Assembly (NCBI GenBank): GCA_022813865.1
Contig: JALDZX010000026.1
Coordinates: forward strand, 124,001 to 188,000
Source of the DNA: Xylographa opegraphella
Lineage: Eukaryota
Length of the DNA stretch: 64,000 nt
Direction: 5' to 3'
The notes below the pieces were generated by a model. That model had not been told where the DNA came from. It did not search any database and saw nothing but the letters and a program-made list of their open reading frames with translations. A program made the position numbers and the translations under genes. Shown here piece by piece: positions 14,243 through 27,724 of the stretch; the first letter of the stretch is position 1, and each line of letters starts with the position of its first letter.

Positions 14243-15729
14243 CTACTTCTGCGCCCGTGGTCCCGTCACGCCGGCGCAGATGACACTGGGCAAATCTTCC
14301 TGGCCGATACTGTACAGCAGCCCGATGCCCCACGACAGAGTCGCCACGATGAAGATCGTGAATCCGGCCAGGAGGAAGAACGGCGCGCTGACGTCCTTCT
14401 TCTGGCATGCGGGGCCGCCCCAGTTCGTCGTTTTGATCCCGATCGTCCTATTTCCGCTGCCTTTGACGTCAACAACGCTGGCGATGCATCCGCATGCCCA
14501 GCAATCCTTCGCGGTGTCTTCGCCTGTGGGGTCTCGGTTCTTCTTGTAGCATTTTCCGTGGCCACTGCAGCTCTGTGTGGTGGAGACGCAAAGAATCTCG
14601 TTGGAGTGGCAGATCGGCATTGTGACTTTAGGTCGGGAAGTGGAATTCGTGGTGTGAAAATATGTTGGCACTGAGTCGTGGACTGCAGGTGGGAAGGTAT
14701 ACGGACGATATATAGAGAGCGGCTCTTCTTGTTGCTCGCGTTCTTGGAAAGTATTTGTGGGGACTCGGTAGGAGCCATAATTTGCTGCGCTGCGCTTGGC
14801 GCGCTTGGAAGCTGGTGGCATAAGGACGACTGTGCTTTCTTGAATATTTTCTTGGTGTACGAGTTGGTTAAGCAGGTCATGTATCAGGCTCGTATAATGT
14901 TCGTAGCGATCGCTGCTGAGTCCTTCCTGCGCAATGATACGCTGATGACCGTCAGTCTAAGATATAGATTGAGGGTAATTTTAGATAGTTTTCACCTCAA
15001 GTAATGAGATGTACAGAAACGAAGTTCTGTCATCTGCACTGGTTCCCTGAGACCGCCAAGCTGACGCCTTCATCACATCTAGCTCTTGCTTGGTATCATA
15101 TTTTCCAGCGGAGTCTTCGATGAGACACGAACCAAACGACTGCAATTCTGTTATTCGTTATAAAGTAAACGGACTCTGGAATAATCTTACGTCCTGGCCA
15201 CTTGTCACAAGATTCCCTGGCGAGTGTATACATCGGCTCCCTCTAGCGCCGCGGCGATAGTTGTCCTGGGTTAAGAAGTCGTTCAACAGTTTTCTATTTG
15301 CTACTGGTGTAGGTGGATCGGTTATTGTAAAGGACGGAACTCGAGCAAAAATTCCTGGAATACAATTAGTGTCCTCCATCATTAAAGCAATCCAAATATT
15401 TGAGGCGTACGCTGCGGCTCTTCTACCCCCTCCACTATCACAAGTAATTTATGGACCTTCTCGTCCTCGTCACTACCGCCGAACAAGGAGGATTGGGGAT
15501 CCGAAATGCGGTTCAGTATCGAAAGGGTAACATCGTCTCCATTTTCCAGATTGTGAAATTGGGACAAGCCAAGTCTACGAGCCAAGACTAGCCTGGCAGT
15601 CGAAGGCGTTACATTGTCGGTTATGGAAGGTAACGAGCCGGGACCGAATGTGTAGATTGAAGCCCCCAAGCTCACTGCACAAGCCGAGCTAGCTAGAGCA
15701 GCAGATACCAGAGCTGTGGCGATCCTCAT
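14243..15729 (-). CDS. DUF3844-domain type I membrane protein
   Basis: Signal peptide; ARLVLARRLGLSQFH motif; introns 15355-15410, 15140-15190 and 14942-14995 give a continuous frame; C-terminal CSGHGKC...WGGPACQKKDVSAPF plus TM helix and LPSVI.AGV. Confidence 0.85.
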
Positions 15730-16056
15730 TGTGGTGGAAAGACTGTAACAACTCACTCCAGCTCGTCTACGGGACAGCAGTGATGAGGTGGTGATAACGG
15801 AGCCGGGAAAAACGAAAAGCCGGTGTTCGGGGCCGCCACAACCTTATCCTATCACGTTCGGGGCATTTACAAGGCTGAAGTTGTAGGACAACCCCGGGCG
15901 TGCTTTCCAGACGTTTCCCTTCTTCATCACCATCTTCCATAATTCATTTGACAATTAGACGGAGAGCATTCTGATCCTCGATCATCTTTCAAATCTGCTC
16001 TTCTGCTCTGCACGCTATCTCAATATTCCCGAAGGCGGGCCTCGCGCCTTGGCCTC

Positions 16057-17531
16057 ATGTACAGAAACCTACGAACCTTTTCTTCGTTCAGTCGCTCGCT
16101 CTTCCGGCCAAGGCCCTCTTATCTACAATACAATGGTCCTGTTACAGTACGGCGTGTGCGCGTCGTTCGTCCCATTTTCACACCCAGGTCTGTCGAGGGA
16201 TCACCAAATACTTTTCCACATAATCTAACCAGGCATAATAGTCGCATACGGATCCTTACATCCTGGTCATTCTCATTCATCGCTTTCTACTACATTCTAG
16301 GATCCCTGGATGACGAAGAGGAGGAAGTTGAAGCTGCGGTGAAATCCAAGGCGCTCACCGCTACTGAGCAATTAGGAGACCTCGAAAGACGACAGGGAGG
16401 TGACGGCTTAATTGACGAAGACGAGCAAGGCGAAGAAGACGATGATATTGTGCCAGATATAATTCCGGAAGATGCCTGGTTCATACCTCTGGGATTTGCT
16501 CACCAACGGCCACAGACTTTCTACAGGGGTAGTGATCCAGAATGGCAAAGCTTCGTAGATTTTGCCAAAGATAAGAAGAAGAATGCACATATAAGACGTA
16601 TGTAAATGAAACTGAATGAGGGCCAGACAACGCTCACTGCTTTTAGATGAGCTTGCCGGACTCGTGGGAGAGTCCATAGCGAACATGCGCCAATTCCAGA
16701 AGTTTTTGGGTGCTCCTATACAGACACAAAAGTACTGGTTGGATATAGATTTCCCTGACGGACCGCCCCCTGAGTATGAGCGTGCTGGGTGGGTCTTGTC
16801 TGATGCAAACTTTGCGATGATTCGGTGCTGATTCTTATTCAGGCTTGAGATCACGGATGATTATGTTGCATGGACTGTGCGACCCGTGTCTTCCATCAAC
16901 GTATCTCGCTTACATGAGACTCTGTGGCCCAAGGCTACTTTCTCATCTTTTTGGGCTAGCACACAAGCACTCTGGCAGCTACAGGTAGCAAAGGTAAAAG
17001 ACTTCCTAAATATCAAGCCGGAGCCGGATACAAGAAGACCTCGATTTCCTCCCGGATACATGAATTTACCTCGTTTGGCGCAGAGGAATCAAGATGAGTC
17101 CACCCAGCCTGCGCTGCCGTCTCCTCAGGTGGAGCAGCCTGAAGTGCCTGCTCCAGCGTCCTCGCCGATATCTGCTGGATCTGAACGAGCAAAGATTCTT
17201 TGGCCTTTGCCAGCAATACCAAAACCTAGTACGGAGATGGTGACGGTGACTATGGCATTCAAGAGAAACCTTGCAAAGAACTGGAAGTCTCCATCGGCAC
17301 CTGCACCACGTGGTACTTTCATGGTTTCGGGTCTCATAGAGTTACAGGGGCCTAAAGCCGTTTGTGTTATGGATGTGCAAGCTGCATACCATCCGAAAGA
17401 ATCTAGATGGGTGGTAATAGCCATGGGCGTGAGACGAATTCAACAACGGTCAGTAATCCCTTCCTATGTGATAGATGAGCGGAAGTGTTGATAAATAGAT
17501 TAGAAAGCAGGGTCCGAAAGGTGGTCCTTGA
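16057..17531 (+). CDS. Fungal hypothetical protein, possibly mitochondrial
   Basis: Arg/Ser-rich N-terminus; four GT-AG introns link the ORFs 16057, 16616 and 16877; motifs FIPLG, YRGSDPEWQSF, FPDGPPPEY and PRGTFMVSGLIE; ends RKQGPKGGP*. Divergent from the DUF3844 gene. Confidence 0.7.
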
Positions 17532-18498
17532 TACTTCTTGAACGAGCGAAACGATTTTGTGGCGATATACCATGGGTTTCATGGTACATGGAGATGATAT
17601 CCCGGGCATAGCGATGGTGTTGATATATGGTCAAGTAGATTTTCGCTTCATAAGTCTACGAACATTACTCATAGACAATCGTTCATGTGCATGGTCTCTA
17701 CATTCATAAACAGTTCATTGCCATGCTGACAGACACGCTATGTTCCAGTGTCGCCGAAGTCCTTCCAGTTTATCTGTGCAGATCACCCCTGAAACTACTA
17801 AAGTCACCGATCTCAATGGCCATTTTTATTACTCACTCAGCTTGGCTAATATACACAGGAGTGCTATACATCGATCTTGAGCTAGGACACATCGTCTCAT
17901 TCCAGTATCCTCGGTCTGCTGCTTTCACTATAAAAGGTCTCCATAACAAGCAGCTTCGTGCAGCTTGGTCTTTTCAATCACAAAGCATTATTCTTGAGCG
18001 CTTTGCTGTGAAAGAGATTTCTTGCTTGGCTTGATGTCTGGGTCATTCTATACCACTTCAGAGCACACGAGCACATCTCTGCTCGTGTCGTTCATGAAAT
18101 AAAGATTCCAATGATTTTGTTACGTCTTCCCGCTAAAACCCCAGCCGCTTGCGCAATCGGGTTAGCGGTTTAACGCGTTGGAGAGTGCTATATGCCCTAG
18201 ATTGTCAACACCTTCATATGTTAGTGTTTGCTGATACACAGCAAGTGTTTCACTTCTGGCCCAACTGTTGTTTCTTGTGCTCTAGGATTTCCCTGCACTG
18301 CCATGTATGTTTTTCACGCTCCAAGGGCTTGCTCTACTTGTGATCCTAGAAAATTCGGCTGATCCTCGAGTTTTGATAGTCACGGAGATCTAGGAAAGGC
18401 TAACAAATCCTGCACAGCGACAATCTATCAGTAATTCAGTCCTTACTGATCCATACCTTGGTCTTCTAACACAAAACCAGAGTAGGCTTAATATCAGA

Positions 18499-20158
18499 AT
18501 GGCACATCCACAGCTGGCGCACAATGTCGCCCCAGAATTGAATTGTTCTCCTACTACGACACCGTTTCAAACACGCGCAGCAAGTCCCACGCACCACAAT
18601 CCTAATCATCATTCAGGCTTCGAAGCCGACGCTGCTATTGATAGTATGCGTTTGTTCATCCAGAATCACACGACCGGAAAAGTGGACGTCAGTTCAGTCG
18701 ACGGAAGTGCGACCGTGGCGAACTCTGCCAAATCTCGGGCTCTTGCGCTATACTTCATCTTCAATCTCGGCCTGACACTTTTCAACAAGATGGCAATGAA
18801 TAAGGTATAGAGCCTCCACGCACTTGTTGACATTTCCAGCATTCTTGCTATGACCTGCTTGTGGAGGCTCAGCATTTTATGTTAAGCCAGCTAGATTCAG
18901 CGATCTTCGACCCGCCGTTTCTATCTTCGTTACTCTCTTCTTGGTATTCGTTTTACATGAGGCAAATATCTTCGCAACCATATGAACTTTGCGCCGACAC
19001 GTCTTTTAGCCATGGGCAAATCCCAGTGCTCTGGCCGTATCATTATCGAAAAGAAACAAAGGAAAAAGAACCAGTTTCTGGCTATCTCATAGATACTTGG
19101 TTGCTTAGAAAGAATAAAAGCAGCATATATCACGTTCTTGGCTTACGATAAATAATATTCATGCTAATAGCTATATTAAACAGTTTCCGTACCCATATCT
19201 CATGACGGCATACCACGCTCTCGCAAGTTTTGTTGGTACCAGTGTTCTCAAATCCAGAGGAACCTTTACCACCACTCACGTTGGAGGTTCTCGTGTGATG
19301 CTCTATGGGTTTTCCTTCCTATACACAATCAACATTGCGATTTCTAATGCTTCACTGTAAGTCGATTTTTCTTCGTCTTGCACCACTCATATTGCTGTCA
19401 AGTTTATTGTCATTGAAAATGAGCAGTGACTAACGATACGACGCAGTGCCATGGTTACTGTCCCTTATCATCAAGTCGTCCGCGCCACCACTCCGGTTTT
19501 TACGATTTTGATCTACCGTGGATTCTTTCAGGGAACTTACCCGAATACTGTTTACTGGTCACTTGTTCCGGTTGTCATTGGCGTTGGACTAGCAACCTAT
19601 GGTGATTACTATGCTAGCACGGCAGGCCTTCTTCTGACCATCCTTGGTGCCTTTCTGGCCGCTCTTAAGACAGTCGCTACCAACCGCCTGCAGACTGCGG
19701 GTCTACATTTCAGTGCCCTTGAGCTTCTTTACCGCATGAGCTTCCTCGCGGTTCCCCAAGCTCTTGCAATGTCGTGGCTTGCTGGCGAAATGAACCTTTC
19801 CAAGATTCCATGGTTCGTTTCAAAAACAATGGCCGTTGATGAAATGATGGTATCTACATTCCCATCCGGGCAAGTTGGATGCTTCATCCTCAATGGCATG
19901 ATGGCTTTCGGCTTAAACGTCGTTAGCTTTACGACGAATAAAAAGGTTGGGGCTCTCACGATGACAGTCGCTGCCAATGTAAAGCAGATTATGACGATCG
20001 TGCTGTCGCAACTCTTCTGGCATCTTGATATTGGAGTGGTCAACGCTACTGGTATCGCCCTTACTCTGACAGGAGGGGCTTTTTACGCTTACTTTAGCAT
20101 GCGAAAATCACTGAAATCTTACGCAGCAGTCAAGGACATGGAAAAGGCCAACGAATAG
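18499..20158 (+). CDS. TPT-family (DMT) nucleotide-sugar/phosphate transporter
   Basis: LYFIFNLGLTLFNK|FPYPYLMTAYHA; introns 18805-19183 and 19357-19446; NIAISNASL.MVTVPYHQVVRATTP and GALTMTVAANVKQ motifs. Confidence 0.88.
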
Positions 20159-20751
20159 CAAGAGCACGCCAATAGATAGCATCAACATCACTGTCACGAC
20201 AAGTCACTAAAGATTGCTATTTGGATCTTTATTGCTAAAAACTCGAACTCGATAGGGAAAGGGATTGTATATCGACTCGCTTTGGAAATTCTTTCTCAAT
20301 ATGGCAGTCGAAGGATAAGGTAGTCAGGGGTTTAGGAGCGCAAAGCCACCGAAGTCACATGATGTGTATGCGTGGTTATGTCAGTGTGGCGGTGGTTTCT
20401 TCCGGTGTGGCGGTGGCTGCTGCCAAAATGATTACTAGTAGTAGTGCAGGGGTGGAAGGGTCCGGGCCAGATTGCAGATAATTGACGTTTAAGCGGGAGC
20501 TAAGAATACATCTTCGCCTGCGATCTTCGTAAATGAGCATCAGGCACTTTTGCACTTTGGCAAGTCGTTCACATTCGAGGATGCTTCTGGTAGATCCCAA
20601 TGGTGCGCCGCTTTGTTGAATGCAATAAAACCGTTGGCTCTTTCAGTACCTCCTCCCATTTATCTCGGCCTGAATAGGTCACCACTGGACAGGACGTAGT
20701 CTACCCTAATCTCTTCAATCATACCAGCTTCAGACATTTTTCAACTCCACC

Positions 20752-22538
20752 ATGCGGACCGCTTCGCAGATATTTTACCTCGCCGTCTTTTCTTTGTTTG
20801 CGCCATCGCATACCGCAGGTTATATAGCAACCAGAATTAAGGCAGGCTCCGCCGACGTCTGCGCGGTAAGCACTTTCCAGCTCCAAATATGAGTAGTTGC
20901 TGATGACCTAAGATCGAACCCAATGCCATTGTCTCCGATGCCTGCGCTTCATACGAGACCCTCGACAATCTGAATACCGCCCTCGCTCCATCACTGGAAG
21001 CCATAACTCAAACCACCGATTTCTTCGCTTACTATCGACTGAACCTCTTCAACCAAGTATGCCCTTTCTGGAACGATGCAAATTCTATGTGTGGCAACAG
21101 AGCTTGCGCAGTGGATACCTTGGACAACGAAGAGGATATCCCTAAAATTTGGCGGGCCGAAGAGCTCAGCAAGCTAGAAGGACCGAAAGCGGCACACCCG
21201 GGTCGACAACTACAAAAAGAGCGAGGCAGCCAACGGCCATTACAGGGTACTCTAGGTGAGGATGTTGGGGAAAGTTGTGTGGTGGAGTACGATGATGAAT
21301 GCGACGAGCGGGATTACTGTGTCCCTGAAGACGAAAGTGCCAGCGCCAAAGGCGACTATGTCAGTCTGGTAGATAACCCTGAACGGTTCACCGGCTACGC
21401 TGGCGAAGGTGCTCATATGGTCTGGGATGCTATCTACAAAGAAAACTGTTTCTCAAAGCCCAGTGCAAAGCCACGGCTGAGAAATTCATTCGGCGGCAGC
21501 TTTACCGACATGTTTCAAGCCGCCAATGACCTCCGCTCTGTCCTGAGAGCCAATGCACCTGCGACCGAGTTCCCTCCGGAGGATGATTGTCTTGAGAAGC
21601 GAGTCTTCTATCGTGTGATCAGCGGGATGCATGCCTCCATCTCTACGCATCTATGTCACGACTACCTTAATCAGACAACTGGCGAGTGGGGCCCGAATCT
21701 CCAGTGTTACCAAGAGCGCCTCGAAACCCACCCGGACCGGATTTCAAACCTCTACTTCAACTACGCGCTGGTCCTACGCGCGCTCACAAAACTGCGGTCA
21801 CATCTCCAGAGCTACACCTTCTGTTCGGGTGATATAGCGCAAGACGTGGACACAAAGTCCAAAGTCCTTCGGCTCCTCGACCAAGCCGCATCCGGTCCCG
21901 CCATTTTTGACGAGAAGCTGATGTTCCAGGACCCGGCTGTGGCGGGTGATCTCAAGGACGACTTCCGCCAGAGATTCCGCAATGTGAGCCGGCTGATGGA
22001 CTGTGTCGGCTGCGACAAGTGCCGCCTGTGGGGCAAACTGCAGACGGTCGGCTACGGCACGGCACTGAAGGTTCTCTTCGAGTTTGAAGAGGGTGGCGAG
22101 GTACCATTGAAACGGACGGAACTCGTTGCGTTGGTGAATACGCTGGCCCGCATTGGGCATAGTATGAAGTCTCTGGAGCATTTCCGCGAGATGTCAGAAA
22201 GCGCCTCGCCGCCGGTAATAGCAGCCTCCGCAGATACTGGGACAAACCACTCCACCTTCAAGCCAGCTTCGAAGCATCAAGACACGGACGAACTCGATGA
22301 CTTGGACGTTCTCGACGATGCCCCTGAACCCCCTCTATCAGTCATGGAGAGCATCCGCGATGAATTCGATATTGTGCTGAAAGCTCTCCGCTTCGTGCTC
22401 GGCAGCTGGTTCGGCCTGCCAAAAACAATCTTCTCGATCGCTTTCTACGAATTGAGTCGGGTGTGGGCGTACTGGTTGGGCTTGGAGGTGCAGCCGCGTG
22501 AGTGGAAGATCAGGTTTCCGAGTCGGGACGAACTATAG
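20752..22538 (+). CDS. ERO1: ER oxidoreductin 1
   Basis: Signal peptide; intron 20866-20912; NPERFTGY, SGMHASISTHLC and MDCVGCDKCRLWGKLQ (CxxCxxC) motifs; ends RDEL. Confidence 0.96.
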
Positions 22539-24232
22539 ATAGGTGAGTATGTTTGTAGATGAGTATTTGTGATTGGAGTATTTAGCGCGCATGGATGAGG
22601 AGTTGATGCGTTGAGCCTGTATTACATAGCTTGCGAATCGCACGAAAGGGATTACAATTTATCTGAAGCTTGGAAGCAGCTTGCTTGATCTGCTCCGTAC
22701 TAGCATCTGGCTGTGCGTCGAAGTGTTTCCAAGATGTATGCGTTGGAAAGTCTCTGCTATTTCTGGACATCCACCGTTTGTCGTTCTATCTGGCACTTCT
22801 CTGCGAGTTCTTGTCAACCACCTTCATCTGTTCCGGCGGCTCTTACGCATTGGCAGTGGAATTATCCCGCTAATGAAACCTATTTATGGTAGTTGAGTAG
22901 ATTGGGCTTGCAGCAATATGATGTGACAGTCGTCTTAAGGCGTTTTTCAGTTTGTCTTTGGGTACGGGTAATATCGCGTCAACGGCCGGGCTTCTAACAT
23001 GGAGTGTGATGGGCTCAATTCCTCAAATTCATAACCAGGGTTACAACCTTTAGTCGTTGATGGCTCAGCACTTTCACTGCTATTAACGATGGTTGTGAGT
23101 GACTACTACACAGAGATCTGCTGTAACCACGAAACCCTGGCATGGAAATCCACGACGAAACAGGTGTTGCCCGCTCGTGATTTCCTAAGCATACTGCTCT
23201 GGATCCACGGCGTTTGGGGCGCCGGAGAGGATGTCTGAACTCAGCTCATGTCTTTGCCCACTTTCATCTGTCGTGCTGATCATCGCCGAGTCGTTGCAGT
23301 GTAATTATTCCAGGCTGCAGGCTGATGCGCATTGTCGTTTCTGGCGCTAATTTCGAAACGCGGCTCAGGCTGCCGTAAGATTATGCGGGGAGTGGGTGCC
23401 GCGCTGGACGCGACTAACGAAGGCATGGGGACTTGAAATTAGCTTGTTTCCACTCATTTTTGATGTCTTTCTCAAGTTATGAGATCCAGAGAAGAACGGT
23501 CTGCTTCTTCAAAGTCTAATCAGCTTTCCTTGCCTACGATCTAGATTCCGCTAAAGCTCAGGGACCCAGGTATATCAGTTACAAACACTGGGCTAGAATT
23601 TATATAATACTTGAGTGGAACAGCCCCCACACCTACCTGTGCACGAAATGGGGGCCGTATGTGCCGCCAGCACACTTGAATCTTTGAGGTCACCATATCT
23701 CTCTTCGACCCTCAGTCCTCGTTGGCTCGTCTTGAAGGAATGGCCGATGTGATACACAGAGGATTTGGACGCAGAGAGACCTGCGCCATTATTTCCGACC
23801 CACGGAACTAACATGAGGGACTCGGAATCTGGAATCTTGCGTGTGAGCAGGCTAGAAGCTGTGCATTTCTTCCTCCTTCAGCTGGCAAGGTTGATGGATC
23901 CATCGCGCCTCTTGTCGCTATGCCCAATCACGCGGTGAGGCAGCGCTGAGACTGATGAATTTCGATGCAATGTACCACAACAGCTGTCAATCTCTGCCTT
24001 GTTTCCAGCCATTGGCTAAATCTGCCATCATTGAGCCGCCTTCGCACCGGGATATAAATGCGCAGACTGTTTCCTGTTGTGCCCTGCGTTCCCATATTTA
24101 TGATATAGCTATATATACCTTTCTGCAATTGCGGTAAAAATCTCTCTTTATCAATTCATCGCGGTCGTTCGATCTCTATCGTTCATATTACTGTACTCTA
24201 CATCACGCACAGAGTGTTTGATACCAAATAAA

Positions 24233-24958
24233 ATGAGCACATATACCATCCGACCGGGGGACACCCTCAGCGCCATCGCAACCGGCCATTCCATTGCACT
24301 TGACGATCTCCTCGCTGCGAACCCTGGCATTGACCCTCAAGATCTTCAGATATCCCAAGTTATCAATCTCCCAAGGCCATCCAGCAGCACCATTCCCAAC
24401 TCACTAGGTGGGTCTAGCGGTAGTGGTGAGTACGTCCAGTACTCTGGTCCAGCATCCAATTTCCCAAATCCCGACCAATGGGCCTCTTACGACAGGCTGT
24501 GGACCTCTAACGAACGGCTCCTGAAGCTCCACGACAGCGATACTGAAATTGGCTACATCAAAACCGCGATCGGGAGTGTAGCGGCCGACTCAGGCGTCGA
24601 CGCACGCGCCATTCTTTGCATTATTGTTCAGGAGTCCGGCGGCGACGTGCATGTTGGCTCGACCAATAATGGCGTCCACAATCCTGGCCTTATGCAGTCA
24701 CACAACGGGGTTTCATTCGATGCGAACGATGCTGAGGGAAGTATTCTGCAGATGGTGAGAGATGGAACGGAGGGTACGAAGGACGGGGATGGGCTGAAGC
24801 AGCTGTTGGCACAGTATGGGAACTTTTACGAGGCCTTCCGAGCATACAATTCGGGCGCGGTCAATACGGCCGATATGAATGATCCGAAGGGGGCAACAGC
24901 GTCGTATGTGCGTGATGCTGCGAATCGATTGATGGGCCACGAGTGGAACGGGATGTAG
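24233..24958 (+). CDS. LysM domain plus lysozyme-like (SLT/GH23-type) protein
   Basis: YTIRPGDTL..IA....LLAANP LysM domain; IVQESGG, PGLMQS and RAYNSG lysozyme-fold motifs; intronless; no signal peptide. Confidence 0.85.
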   Translation: MSTYTIRPGDTLSAIATGHSIALDDLLAANPGIDPQDLQISQVINLPRPSSSTIPNSLGGSSGSGEYVQYSGPASNFPNPDQWASYDRLWTSNERLLKLHDSDTEIGYIKTAIGSVAADSGVDARAILCIIVQESGGDVHVGSTNNGVHNPGLMQSHNGVSFDANDAEGSILQMVRDGTEGTKDGDGLKQLLAQYGNFYEAFRAYNSGAVNTADMNDPKGATASYVRDAANRLMGHEWNGM

Positions 24959-25794
24959 GCTCAAAGAAGCGGTGTCGAAGACCAATGGCTTTGGTGGGTT
25001 TGGATTATTCCTAGAACAACGCCCGGTATTGTTACACTGTATGAATCGATCAGCTCGGGTCATCCATTCGCTGAAATATATGTTTAATGACTCCGCTGCT
25101 GCTACACCCATATTCGCAGGAGCTGTCATACAAAGGCCAAAGTGTTAAGCCATCAGCTTTGAGCTTCTGATTCAAATCCGGTCTATGCATATGGCGTGGC
25201 TATTTGCCTCCTTGCTTGGCTAGATGCATCTATATTCGTTGCTGCCAGCCTTATCGTTACACAAACTGCGGTTGGCTTAGAGTATTTACGAGCTAATGCA
25301 TTTGCTAGGCGATAGGCGCACCGGTAAAGAGGAATGACAGTTTTCACGCTCAAACGTAAAGCGCTGCAGTTTGAAATACACGAGAAAGACAACGGCGGTG
25401 TCTGCGCATCCCTCGCTGCTCTCTCTATCCATGCAACTTCGTTCGTGCATGCGGCAGCCCACTCAGCTGAATACGCCTTGCGTCTGCAGCAGCGCTATTG
25501 TGTCAGACGGGACGATCCTTTGGGAACAGCTGAAGAGCGCCGGAGCAGGAGGTCTTGCACACGAAGGTTGAGCCTCCCACCGCTCCTGCACATGGCTGGT
25601 ACTCACGTTCTGAGTGTGTGTGCCAGGACAATGCCATTCACTCCCGATACAGCTTCCAGTATAAATCCCCCCTTTCTACTATTTGTCACAGCGCAATCCC
25701 ACTTCCCCCACCTCCGACACCCTCATACACATTCCCTATCAATCTCCCTCCACAGCCATCCCCTCACACACCCCTCCCCCCACTCCAATCCACC

Positions 25795-26306
25795 ATGTCC
25801 ACCCCTCCCACCGACGACGCCGCCGCCGCGGTCGGGATCCACAACACCGCTCGCGCCGGCCAAAACCTCCCCGCGCTAACCTGGGACGACAACCTCTCGC
25901 ACCAAGCGACCGAGTACGCTAAATGGCTCTCCACCGCGGGCGTGGGCCTGCAGCACAGCAGCGGCGACTCGCGCCCGGACCAAGGCGAGAACCTGTTCAT
26001 GGAGATGGGGCTGCAGAACCCGGCGTCGGCGGCGGCGCAGTCGTGGATCAACGAGGCGGCCAATTACCACGCCGAGGCGGTTGGGGAGGGGGATTTCGAG
26101 AGCTATGGCCATTATAGTGAGTTTTCTGGCGCTGGGGCGGGAGGCGGGGGTGGGGATGGTGTTGACTCGTGATGCGTGTAGCGCAGTGTATGTGGTCGAC
26201 TACGACGGCGGTGGGGTTGGGGTATGCGACGGGGAAGGATGGGTGGGTGTATGTGGTGGGGAGGTATAGTCCTCCGGGGAATGTGGTGGGTGCGCAGCCT
26301 TTCTAG
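25795..26306 (+). CDS. CAP/SCP (PR-1-like) protein
   Basis: HNTARA...LTWD, HS...QGENL and GHY|TQCMW...RYSPPGN motifs; intron 26117-26181. Confidence 0.9.
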
Positions 26307-27724
26307 ATAAGGGAATGGATGTGGATGAGGAGCGGTTTGGTGGTTGTATTGAACGTGGCTGGAACGGGACTCGAGATCTGCTTGTTTGACATAGGAAGGA
26401 CTAAAATCGTGAGAAGCTTCTGGGTATATGTGTCACTCGTGCCCAGCTCAATAGCTCAGATTCTTATTCAGACCATCGGTGCTTCCCCTTCCTTCAAGCT
26501 CCCGACCACGGACTTTTGGACCGCCTTTCTCGGGAAATATATCATATTCGCCAGTACCAAGGCTCCGAAGGTTGGCGAAGCCGTCATAATCCCTGGAGGC
26601 GACGAGGTCGGGCCCTTCTGGCGACAATAGCAGTGATTGGCGCAGGATGGCTTTGTAAAAGTGTAGAGATTACCCATCTCACCGGTTATGGGCGAGGACA
26701 TCAATGTCATACTGGGTAGCCTGAGCTGAGGTCCCAGACACTTGCTTATAAGGCCGTTCGTTCCGCCACTGATTACTGTATCCATCGAAACCTCAACAGG
26801 CCACACAATCTCTTCATAACTCTCGATCGATCTTAAATAGGTTCCGCCCGCTGTCAACAAATGATGCTGTCCGTGCTCGTTTCCAAGTGCAGTATACTGC
26901 TCGGTGGCGAATGCTGCTGTTATGATACTGCCCCGTCATTTAAGAACACGCACGCAGAGAGTAGCTCCAAAATCTTCAACAAGAATGCAGCGCACAGACA
27001 CAAAAGGGTGAGTTGGTAATGGTGAACTTCTTCACGTCTTACACCAGAGGAAGTCCATATGCGTTCACGCCCTCAAGAGCAGCGCCCAGTTGGTCAGCAC
27101 GGGTTGTCGGACGACCGTTCTTACTGCCGTCTGACCAACATCCGGCGCGGACTCTTTCCTGGCGAGACCGGTTGACTTTGCCTGCATAGCAAGATCGGCA
27201 CCAGCGGAATCGTCCACGATAGCTTAGTGGGATGGAGTAGAGTTTGGGTAGAGAGGCTGAGGTTTATTGAATGTTTTATGGGGGTAAGCTAAGGGTAAAA
27301 GCTCCCGTGGTGGAACTACTTTAATTAAGTGCGGGTTTGGTATTCAGCCAAAGTACCTTATCTTACGTTCTCAGTCGTTCGGCTTCGATCTGTGTTCATC
27401 GACAGTTGCAACACCGCCAAGGTCGTTGAATCTCTCGGTTCAACATTACCTGAATATCCGGTTTACTATTGATTGTCGACATAAGCATGGATATCATGAC
27501 ACCGGTAAAGCCACGGTGCGTTTGGACAAATATGTACATATACAGAGGCCACAATGTCTCACTGTTGCTCGGGTTCAAAAGCCAATTTCGCACCCTATTA
27601 TCATCCTCACGACGTGGTTGAATCATCAAACGATCTCGGCGGTCAAGTTGATCAAAACGGACTTTTGGGTTTATAACCTTGGATTTGGAGAGCCTTCGCG
27701 TCTGTTATACTTTACTGCAGCAAT

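Noticed and set aside
15100..15200. Apparent frameshift in the DUF3844 gene
   Set aside because: Using the TTGCAG acceptor (intron 15140-15190) restores the frame.
23953..23990. CTGATGA as a hammerhead ribozyme core
   Set aside because: No stem II followed by GAAA.
26468..27230. Minus-strand ORFs between the CAP and Cys-rich peptide genes
   Set aside because: No recognisable motifs or consistent splice model; cannot be supported without a search.
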